Shown here: piece after piece, positions 37,241 to 48,261 of the stretch
How positions within the stretch are numbered: the first letter of the stretch is position 1
Layout of the letters: the number at the start of each line of letters is the position of its first letter
From: Malacoraja senta
Taxonomy: Eukaryota
Reading direction: 5' to 3'
DNA: 64,000 bases
Assembly: GCA_038087875.1 (NCBI GenBank)
Contig: CM075998.1
Coordinates: 5,024,001-5,088,000, forward strand
Position numbers and translations under genes: made by a program
Notes under the pieces: generated by a model
The model's database searches: none
Seen by the model: the letters and a program-made list of their open reading frames with translations, nothing else
What the model was told of the DNA's origin: nothing

Positions 37241-37745
37241 TAGGCATTGTGTAAAGTTTAAGATCTTTCATCACACACCAGCATGCAGTATGATTTAAAA
37301 AAACGCTTATTTAGTTCAAGACGTTGCGCCACAGCCTGGTTCAGCAACTCAAACGCCCAGGAGCGAAGGAGATGGCAGAAAGTGGTGACCACTGCCCGGT
37401 CCATCACATCACGGGTACTGACCTCCCCACCATCGAAGGGATCTACAGGAGTCGCTGCCTCAAAAAGGCAGCCAGCATCATCAGAGACCCACACACCATA
37501 CCCTGGCCACGCTCTCATTTCACCCCTGCCATCGGGAAGAAGGTACAGGAGCCTGAAAACTGTAACGTCCAGGTTCAGGAACAGCTTCTTCCCTGCAGCC
37601 ATCAGGTTATTAAACACCACAACCTCCATCTAAACTCCAAACTACATAGACTTGGGGACATTATTTATCTTTGCACTATTATTGCGTGTTTATTATATAT
37701 TGTTTGGAGCTTATTTGGAGGTTGCAGTGTTTAGTCGTCTCATGA

Positions 37746-37776
<31 letters not shown>

Positions 37777-37898
37777 TGAACTGTTGTTGTTGATTATTAT
37801 GGTGTTTACAGTGTTTTATGGTTATACATTTGTTGTACTGCTGCAAGTAAAAATGTCATTGTTCCACTTTGGGACATTTGACCACAAAACACTCTTGA

Positions 37899-38216
37899 TG
37901 GGCCCGTCCCACTTGGCGATTTTTTAGACAACTGCCGCCGACTGTCATAGTCGTAGCAGGTCGCCGAAAAACCGGCGACAACCTACGTCATCCTGGCGAC
38001 AACCTACGACAGCACCTACGTCAGGAGAGGTCAAGCTACGCTCAATGGCGTCAGACCCACTGTCAGCGAAAATGTTTCAACACGTTGAAAATTTAGCGCC
38101 AACCAGAAAGATGCTACGACTTTTTTCGTGACTGAGGAGACTACTCCCGGCGACCATGTGGCGACAAACTAGTTGCCTGTAGTTGCCTGAAAAATCGTCT
38201 AAGTGGGACAGGCCCA
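37899..38216. mobile_element. PIF/Harbinger-type MITE
   Basis: TGA|TGGGCCCGTCCCACTT ... AAGTGGGACAGGCCCA|TGA. Confidence 0.82.
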
Positions 38217-38614
38217 TGACTCTTGACTCTTGACAATTTCTAACAGTAGCGGCTTTTTGGTTTTTACGGTGTCGTCAGCCTACATCACTCAGTGATTCAG
38301 TGTTGGGTTTGTATATGACTCTACCAAACAGTTTCATGAATGATGCCTTTTTGTTAACGTTTAGTTCACAGATCACAGCTGTCAATCCAGATGCAGAGAT
38401 AAATATACTCAGGTGCCAGGAATTGGGTGAAAACCAAGTTAATTGTGGTAAATTGTGAAATAGTCATTTCATCGCACAGATACTTTCCTTGTTTAATTTT
38501 TAAACCAATCAAAGAAACATCATTATTGCTGACAGGGAACTTCTTGAAGGCAAATAAAACAGAAAAAATAGGTGCAGGAATAGGCCATTCGGCCCTTATA
38601 ACGCTTTGCTACAG

Positions 38615-39530
38615 AACTCTTATAGAGGTGTATAACATCCTGAGAGGAATAGATCGGGTAGATGCACAAAGTATCTTGCCCAGAGTAGGGGAATCGAGGA
38701 CCAGAGGACATAGGTTTAAAGTGAAGGGGGAAAGATTTAATAGGAATCTGAGGGGTAACTTTTTCACACAGAGGGTGGTGGGTGTATGGAACAAGCTGCC
38801 AGAGGAGGTAGTTGAGGCTGGGACTATCACAACGTTTAAGAAACAGTTAAACAGGTACATGGATAGGACAGGTTTGGAGGGATATGGACCAAACGCAGGC
38901 TGGTGGGACATGTTGGGCGGTGTGGGCAAGTTAGGCCAAAGGGCCTGTTTCCACACTGTATCATTCTATGACTCTTACAGAACTGTTGAGACAGTTATTC
39001 AAGATTTAACCAATTTTTTAAAAAAAGGTAATTTATTTAATGTGAGACCAAGGTTAATTCCGGGGATGGCGGGACTGTCATGTGCTGAGAGAATGGAGCG
39101 GCTGGGCTTGTATACTATGGAGTTTGGAAGGATGAGAGGGGATTTTATTGAAACATATAAGAATATTAAGGGTTTGGACACGCTAGAGGCAGGAAACATG
39201 TTCCCGATGTTGGGGGAGTCCAGAACCAGGGGCCACAGTTTAAGAATAAGGGGTAAGCCATTTAGAACGGAGACGAGGAAACACTTTTTCTCACAGAGAG
39301 TGGTGAGTCTGTGGAATTCTCTGCCTCAGAGGGCGGTGGAGGCCGGTTCTCTGGATACTTTCAAGAGAGAGCTAGATGGAGCTCTTGAAGATAGCGGAGT
39401 CAGGGGATATGGGGAGAAGGCAGGAACGGGGTACTGATTGTGGATGATCAGCCATGATCACATTGAATGGCGGTGCTGGCTCGCAGGGCCGAATGGCCTA
39501 CTCCTGCACCTGTTCGCTATTGTCTATTGA
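38615..39530 (+). mobile_element. Two tandem CR1 3' fragments
   Basis: ORF 38427-39437 contains the TRGH..RVV..WN.LP motif twice. Confidence 0.85.
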
Positions 39531-40944
39531 GAGCTTTTTTTAAAACAATGATACATCTGATTAACCCCACAGCCGATGAAGAATTTAACCCTTCCCTTGG
39601 CCGTGTTCCAATTCCACCCAGTGGGCTATGAGTAGGCAGGTTATTGGGGAATAGAAGAGACAATGATATCAAATTTTAAAACTTCCGAAGAATTCAACGG
39701 TACGTGCCGCGCGGGAGAATGGATGGGCGTGCTGCCACCATTAACCAAACAGCAGGCCAGGCCTGGCCGCTGCAGAACCAGGAGGTAAGCCGCCGAGCCC
39801 GGCCCCTGCTGGCCCCCCGAGGACCGGGAAGCGGAGATAAGGTGGAGGGAGTTGGCGACAGCAGCGGACGCTGGACAATGGGCCGGCAAAAAGAACAGTA
39901 AAGGCCATTTAGGACTGAGATGAGGAAAAACCTTTCCACCCAGAGAGTTGTGAATCTGTGGAATTCTCTGCCACAGAAGGCAGTGGAGGCCGATTCACTG
40001 GATGTTTTCAAGAGAGAGTTAGATTTAGCTCTGAGGGCTAACGGAATCAAGGGATATGGGGAAAAAGCCGGAACAGGGTATTGATTGTGGGATGATCAGC
40101 CATGATCATATTAACAATAGACAATAGACAATAAGTCCCTTCGAGCCAGCACCGCCATTCAATGTGATCATGGCTGATCATCCCCAATCAGTTCCCCGTT
40201 CCTGCCTTCTCCCCATATCCCCTGACTCCGCTATCTTTAAGAGCTCTATCTAGCTCTCTCTTGAAAGTATCCAGACTGTGGAATTCTGTGGAATTCTTTG
40301 CCTCCACCGCCCTCTGAGGCAAAGAATTCCACAGACTCACAACTCTCCGTGAGAAAAAGTGTTTCCTCATCTCCGTTCTAAATGGCTTACCCCTTATTCT
40401 TAAACTGTGGCCCATGGTTCTGGACTCCCCCAACATCGGGAACATGTTTCCTGCCTCTAGCGTGTCCAAACCCTTAATAATCTTATATGTTTTTCATCCT
40501 TCTAAACTCCAGAGTATACAAGCGGTGCTGGCTGGAAGGGTCGAATGGCCTATTCCTGCACCTATTGTCTATGTTTTGTGTTTCTAACCAGAGGTCTGGC
40601 CTTCCGCGCTCTCGAGGTTGGCTGCGGGTGGCGCCCGTCCCCCGGGGAATGAGGGCTGGCGGGGGCCGGGCGAGGAGAGGGACGACGGTTCACGGGACGA
40701 CCGGACTGGAGGCGACGGCAACAACAGGCCTTCGTGGCCAACTGTAGCTGGGACTGGGAAATGGCCCCAAAACCTGGCCACTCTTACACATATACTCAAT
40801 GGGCTGTTTCTGTTCATTACGTACTTGAACGAGGATTGACAATAATTTTACTGATCTGTGTGCAAAATGAGAATTTCACTGCACCTTGGAGAGAAGGAAT
40901 GGGTGACGTTTCGGGTCGAGACCCTTCTCGGGCAAAAATACATT

Positions 40945-41815
40945 TCTGATCTTCTGCTACTATATGAACCATCCAGACCTCTGAGGTCGTCTGCTTTCTG
41001 TCCCCAGAGTCATAACTAAACATGGAGAAGCAGCGTTGACTTTTTATGCACCACATATATGGAACAAACTTCCAGAATAATGCAGGTCCGCTCCAACTCT
41101 CAGTTCTTTTAAATCGGGGCTGAAGACTTTTCTGTTTGACATTTCTTTTAATTAAATTAAATAATTATTCATTTCATACACTGCACTGTAACTTTTACAA
41201 TGCTCTACATCGGTGAGACCAAGCGTAGGCTCGGCGATCGCTTCGCCCAACACCTCCGCTCAGTCCGCAATAACCAACCTGATCTCCCGGTGGCTCAGCA
41301 CTTCAACTCCCCCTCCCATTCCGAATCCGACCTTTCTGTCCTGGGCCTCCTCCATAGCCAGAGTGAGTCCCACCGGAAATTGGAGGAGCAGCACCTTATA
41401 TTCTGCTTGGGTAGTTTACACCCCAGCGGTATGAACATTGACTTCTCCAATTTCAGGTAGTCCCTACTTTCCCCTTCCCTTCCCAGCTCTCCTCAGCCCA
41501 CTGGCTCCTCCTCTTCCATTCTTCTTCCCGCCCCCCCCCCCACCCTCACATCAGTCTGAAGAAGGGTCTCGACCCGAAACGTCGCCTATTCCTTCGCTCC
41601 ATAGATGCTGCCTCACCCGCTGAGTTTCTCCAGCATTTTTATCTACCTGAGCTTTTATTCTTGTATTTTATATTGGTCTTATTCTATTTTATCTTGTTTT
41701 TATTTTCTATTCTTTTTAATGACTGTTTTTAATTGCTCGTTAATGCTTTGTGTGAAGCACTTTGAATTGCCTTGTTGCTGAAACGTGCTATAGAAATAAA
41801 CATGCTTGCTTGCTT
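40945..41815 (+). mobile_element. L2 LINE 3' end interrupted by a Penelope 3' fragment (41200-41650)
   Basis: YEPSRPLRS..TKHGEAA..APHIWNKLP..FKSGLKTFLF peptide and tail GTGAAGCACTTTGAATTGCC..GTGCTATAGAAATAAA. The insert encodes LYIGETKRRLGDRFAQH..KLEEQHLIF (GIY-YIG). Confidence 0.8.
41553..41590 (+). ncRNA. Minimal type-I hammerhead ribozyme-like motif in a Penelope terminal repeat
   Basis: CTGAAGA (41556-62), extra A, stem II GGGTC/GACCC, GAAA (41576-79), C, GTC. Stem I has only about 2 proximal pairs, so activity is unproven. Confidence 0.6.
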
Positions 41816-42344
41816 CAGTCTGGTCAGGGGGGAGGCGTTGTCTATATCTCTCATTTTCCCTTTCCCCTGACTAGTCTGAAGAAGGGGTCTGGACCCAAAA
41901 CATCACCCATTCCTTCTCTCCAGAGATGCTGCCTGTCCCGCTGAGTTACGCCAGCTTTTTGTGTCTATCTTCGGTTTAAACCAGCGTCTGCAGTTCCTTC
42001 CGACACCATTGATTGAACCATTAAAAGTAACGGCAAGCTAGAATAACCGAGAGATTTGTCAACAAGAAACAAAGTGCCACAAATAGTCAGGGGGTCGGGA
42101 AGCATCTGTGGAGAGATGAACAGAGTTAACTTTTCAGGTCAAAGATGTTTCATTAGAAAGGTAAGAACATCAACGTGTAGCAGATTTGAAGCCGTGCAGA
42201 GCCATGGAAAAGGGAAACAAACTAAAGGCAATACCTACCGTTGGGTAAAAGCTAAGAATGACAAGTTTGTATTATTTGGTAATATGTGACAAGATGGATT
42301 TATTAAGATGGAACTGCAGCTGCTGGTTTAGCAAAGAAAGACGC

Positions 42345-42796
42345 AAAGTGCTGGAGTAACTCAGCGGGTCAGGCAGCATCTGTGGAGAACATGGATAGGT
42401 GACGTTTCACAGAGTGCTGGAGTAACTCAGCTGGTCAGGCAGCATCTGTGGAGAACATGGATAGGTGACGTTTCACAAAGTGCTGGAGTAACTCAGCGGG
42501 TCAGGCAGCATCTGTGGAGAACATGGATAGGTGACGTTTCACAGAGTGCTGGAGTAACTCAGCGGGTCAGGCAGCATCTCTGGAGAACATGGATAGGTGA
42601 CGTTTCACAGAGTGCTGGAGTAACTCAGCTGGTCAGGCAGCATCTGTGGAGAACATGGATAGGTGACGTTTCACAGAGTGCTGGAGTAACTCAGCGGGTC
42701 AGGCAGCATCTGTGGAGAACATGGATAGGTGACGTTTCACAGAGTGCTGGAGTAACTCAGCGGGTCAGGCAGCATCTGTGGAGAACATGGATAGGT
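42345..42796. repeat. 66-bp minisatellite (about 7 copies)
   Basis: Same unit as 33455-33975. Confidence 0.9.
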
Positions 42797-43225
42797 TTGG
42801 GGTTAGGACCCTTGTTTGTACATTTGAAGTTAGGGTGTTTGGATAATTTGTAGTTAGGGGTTGGTGTGTGTAGGATAGAACTAGTATATGGGTCGGCATG
42901 GACTCAGCGGGCCTTTTGTGTCGGGACCCATCTTCAGACTCAATGTGCCAATGGTGTGTGATACACAAAGACTAATGGAGTTGAAATGGAACAAGGGTCA
43001 CAATCTGAATTTCTTGAGTCTGAAGAAGGGTCTCGACCCGAAACATCACCTATTCATGTTCTCCAGAGATGCAGAGATCCAGAGAAATCCAGAGGGATGT
43101 ATTATATGGCTGTAGGTAATATTTGGTATTATGTGATGAATGGATTTATTGATGGCCACGAAAAACAATCTTCCACAAATAGAACCAGTGGCTAGAGCAG
43201 TAAGGAAGGCATACGTTATACTGGC

Positions 43226-43592
43226 CAAAGATCCTATATCGAGCATGATAGATCACTCGACGAAAAAGACGTAGTACGGTCATGGACAGATTCATGGGTA
43301 ATTTTCGGCCCCATTTCCGTAACCGGCTTCCGTCTCCGCACCAAAGATCCCATAGCGGAGCAAAGATAACTAGTGCGGAGACGAACATCCTCGTAAAGAA
43401 TTAAAGTTCTTTGGTAATAAATCTTCTCCTCATTTTCAGAATTATTAATTTATTAACACAAACTGTTCCCCCGCAACGTTGATTACACTGCGAGTCGGGT
43501 CGGGTTACTTGAAATGGATGAAAAAAGGCCAACGTTGTGAACTACACGTCAGCCCATTGCATTTAGAAGGAGTGGTCCTATAGGAATCTTTG
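43226..43592. mobile_element. Non-autonomous hAT-type element with 8-bp TSD
   Basis: ATACTGGC|CAAAGATCCTATA ... TATAGGAATCTTTG|ATACTGGC, with an internal extra TIR-like copy near 43343. Confidence 0.8.
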
Positions 43593-46500
43593 ATACTGGC
43601 CATCATCGGCCGAGGCATTGCGGATAAGAGTCAGGGAAGGTCATGATGCAGATTTATAAGGCTTTGGTTCGGCCGCATTTGGAGTATTGCGTGAGTTTAG
43701 TTTATGTTAGCGATACAGCGCGGAAACAGGCCCTTCGCCCACCGAGTCCGCGCCTGACGCGACGATAAACTATCCTACACACACTAGGGTCAATTTACAC
43801 ATGGCACCAAGCCAATCAACCTACAAACCTGTACGGTCTTTGGAGTGTTGGGAGGAAACCGAAGATTCCTCCTGGCGAAAACCCACTCAGGTCACAGGGA
43901 GGAACGTGCAAACTCCGTACAGACAGCACCCGCTAGTCAGGATCAAACCCGGGTAAGGCAGCAACTCTACCGCTGCGCCATCATGTTGCCCCAGTTCTGG
44001 TCGCCCCATTAGAGGAAGGTTGGAGTGGCTTAGGAAAGGGTGCATAAAACTCAACAATGCCATGTTCTGAAGTGCCCAGTGCCACCCCACAGGGTATTTA
44101 CTAGTAGCGGTACCCAAGAAAACTCCAGGCAACTCTGCACAAAACATCTACCTCACGCAGGGGTGAACAGGAGACAAGGCTATCAGCTTCCACCGGCAAA
44201 AAGACTTGGTATATGGCAATTAACTCATTGTAGCTTGTCACTGGCTGCTCTTCAGAACATGGACCAGGATCATGCCCTTCGGCCACAATGTCTGTGCCAA
44301 ACATGATGCCAACGATGTACATTTAGAATGGAGATGAGGAGGAACCTCTTTATCCCAGAGGGCGGTGGATCTGTGGAATTCATTGCCACAGACGGCTGTG
44401 GAGGCCAAGTCAGTGGATATCGCCAGTACTGACAGGCAGGAAAGCAGATTACCGAAAGATGGAGAGTTTGATGTTGAATCTGGAATGGTGCAATGTGACC
44501 GGATGGAAGATTAGCTGGGCCATTGAATCCAGGAGCACACAAGGGGGCCCAGAATTGGATAAAGACAGAGTGATAAAAAGCTGGCAGAAAATGTTCATTC
44601 TGAGGAAGGTATGGAACGAGCTGCCAGAGGAAGTGGTTGATAACAACATCACAGCTACAATAACAACAGGCCTGGATAGAGTGGATGTTGAGAGGATGTT
44701 TCCACTGGTGGGAGAGTCTAGTTAAGTTCAATTTTGAGATACAGTGTGGAAACAGGCCCTTCGTCCCACCGAGTCCGCGCTGACCAGCGATCCCCGCACA
44801 CTAACACTATCCTACAAACACTAGGGACAATTTACACTTATACCAAGCCAATTAACCTACAAACCTGCACGTCTTTTGGAGTGTGAGAGGAAACCAAAGA
44901 TCTCGGAGGAAACCCACGCAGGTCACGGGGAGAACGTGCAAACTCCGTACAGACAGCACCCGTAGTCGGGATGGAACCCGGGTCTCTGGCGCTGTAAGCT
45001 CTGGTAAAGCAGCAACTCTGCCACGCCTTCTAGGACCATTGGGCACAGTCACAGAATCAAAGGACGTACCTTTAGAATGAAGATGAGGAGGAATTTCTTT
45101 TGCCAGAGGGTGGTGAATCTGTGGAATTCATTGCCACAGACGGCTGTGAAGGCCAAGTCAATGGATATTTTTAAAGCAGAGATTGACAGGTTCTTGATTA
45201 GTAACGGGTGTCAAAGGTTACAGGGAGAAGGCAGGAGAATGGGTTTGGGGAAAAAGATAGATCAGCATGATCGAATGGCAGAGGGAGAATTGATGGGCCC
45301 GAATGGCCTAATTCTGCTCCTATGTCTGATGAACATGAACATTTGAAAGACATTTGGACATGGATGGGTAAGGTTTTGAGAGGCAGGGGCCAAACGCGGG
45401 CAAATGTGAGAACCTTAGGTAGAGACCTGTTGTTTAAGAAAGAACTTGCAGATGCTGGAGCAATCAAAGGTAGACAAAAATGCTGGAGAAACTCAGCGTG
45501 ACAGGCAGCATCTATGGAGCGAAGGAATGGGTGACGTTTCGGGTCGAGACTCTTCTTCGTCAGCTAAATTTAGTTTAGTTGAGCATAGCTTAGTTTAATT
45601 TAGTTATATTGAGTTGGCGCAGACTCAGTGGGCCAAAGAGATAGCTGGTTGGCGTGGACTCGGTGGGCAGAAGGGCCTATTTCCATGCTGTATCTCTAAA
45701 CTAAAAAATAAAAGCTATGGCGTGGAAACAAGCCCTTCGGCCCGCTGAGTCCACGCCGACCCATACACATAGTTCTATCCCACACACACTGGAACAATTT
45801 TCAAAAGCCAATTAACCTGGAATCCTGCACGTCTTTGGAATGTGGGATGAAACCGGAGCACCCGGAGAAAAGCCGCGCAGGTCACGGGGAGAACGTGCAA
45901 ACTCCGTACAGACAGCACCCGTGGTCAGGATGGAACCCGGGTCCCCAGGCGCTGTGAGGCAGCAACTCTACCGCTGCGCCACCGTGTGTGCCCATGTTAG
46001 CGGAGTACAAATAGAAAGTCTTCGAGCACTTTCGTTACTTCATTCCCTTCTGAAGCATCGTGGGCAGTACCATCAATCACGGAGCGCTCTCGGAAATACT
46101 GAAGGACTGAACAAGCTTTGAGCCAACCGTTGCCAAAGTTTGACAGTGTGTCCAAACAAGCATGCCTTAAAGGGCAAGGCATTAAAGAGGTACTACAAGC
46201 CAAATACATGTAAAAGGAGAGAAAAAAATTAAACGTCAATCCATCTATATGTTGCAATTATAATACAGTTCTTTGTCATAAATCAAAAAAACTACAAATG
46301 CATTCAAAGTCAAATACCAATGCAACTTGGATTTTTAAGTAAATTATAAATGTATTAATATTCGTTCAACTAAACTAACTAAGCCTTTTAAGGTTACTTA
46401 GACACGGCTAAAATTGGCCTGTGATATCTGACCTCTTACACAATTACCAGTCACATTTCCACATTGTATACATGCCCAATATGCTATATTAAAGCCCAGA

Positions 46501-48261
46501 GATGATGATGTAAACTTAGTTTCATTTTTCAAATCCTCTTTCTTGATCGCGTTGACTCTTCATTTAATTTCACAGATAACCTCCGACAAATCATCCAGGT
46601 CGGCATTTTCATTTCGGAGCCTAGATAACAAACGCAGGTACATCTTGCACTCTGAGAAAGGAGCCCCATTGTATCTTTGACTGTCCGTAGACCTCCTAGC
46701 AAGGGGTCTCTGGATAGTGCAATGAAAAATGCAAGGCTGGTATTTCTTCCAAGAGACCGCAATGTTAATCAAAAAACCTTACATCTGCCACAGCAGAGAT
46801 CAGGCCTACATGGTTTCAGCTTGTCTCGATCAACTTACAGCTAACTTATATTCAACCTGTTCCACAGAGTTCATTATATTCCTTTGAAGTAAATTATCAC
46901 AGGTTTCCTGAGCACGTGAAGAAAAGATATTATAAAACAACTCAACAATGAAGAGTGAGAAACAATGTCTACTCATTGGAGCAGCGGTAGAAGTTGCTGC
47001 CTCACAGCGCCAGAACCCGGTTCGATCCCGACTACGGGTGCTGTCTGTATGGGGTTTTCACCTTCTCCCCGTGGCTTTTCTCCCAGTTTTCCTCCAACAT
47101 GCTAAAGACGTGCGGGTTTGTAGGTTAATTGGCTTCTGTAAAATTGTCTCTCGAGCGTGGGATAGAATTAGTGTTATGGCGTGATCGTTGGTCGGCGTGG
47201 ACTCGGTGGGCTGAAGGGCCCAATTCCACGCTGTGTCTCTAAACGAAACTAAAAGCCTGCTCTTCACCCTCAGCCTGAGAGGAAACACTTACTGTTTGAT
47301 TGATCGAATGGAATACTGCACGGAAATATACCTCATATTTTACTTTTTATAATATAGTCCCTTTTTGAAATGATGATTCCCAGAAACATTATCTTCTCAA
47401 GGCCACACTGCATTAGCTCTGAAGTTATCTTCAGTAATGATCTCACCAGATGTCAAACATGTGATCATTTTCACTGTGTTTAAGAAAGAACTGCAGATGC
47501 TGGAAAATTCGAAGGTAGACAAAAATGCTGGAGAAACTCAGCGGGTGCAGCAGCATCTATGGAGCAAAGGAATAGGTGACATTTCGGGTTGAGACCCTTC
47601 TTCACTGTGCTCCTTAGTTTCTGTGGTCTCAGCATTTAGTTTAAAGGCACAGCGTGGAAAAGGGCCCTTAGGCCCATCTAGTCCGTGCCGACCATCGACC
47701 ACCCGTTCATACACTAGTTCTGTGTTATCCCACTTTCCCATCCACTCCCTACGCACGAGGGGCAATTTACAGAGGGGCCGATTCAAACCCGCATGACTTT
47801 GGGATGTGGGAGGAAACCGGAGCACCCGGAGAAAAACCCACCCCGGTCACAGGGAGAACGTGCAAACTCCACACACACACAGACACGATCTCTGGTGCTG
47901 TGAGACACCATGCCGCTGTGAAGAAGATTATAGATTATAGAATACAACTGTGGCAATAAATAGCAAAGCAATCCTGAGGGAAATGTAATGATCTCATGAG
48001 GTTGATTTGGGATGAGTTGAAGCGTTTGATTCAGGAATACTCAAAGTCTTTCGACAGCAACTAACCTCGGAAATGATACGTCTATCTGCGGAAATGTTAC
48101 GTCTATCTGCGGAAATGTTACGTCTATCTCCAGAAATGGCGTCCATTGCTGACTCTCTGCCATTTGCCTTTGGTGGGAACGGACAGGAGACATTCGATGC
48201 AACTTCTTTGCTCATTGTCCTGCGTCTTCGCCCCCCTTTGCAAACGCCCGCGACCTTTGTG

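Noticed and set aside
38427..39437. 336-aa ORF as a novel gene
   Set aside because: It is a chance in-frame fusion of two CR1 C-terminal fragments.
39700..39900. GC-rich patch with GAG|GTAAGC donor-like site as a first exon
   Set aside because: No recognisable ORF or partner exon. It continues after the CR1 inserts into a repeat-like tail (40590-40880), so it is probably a disrupted repeat.
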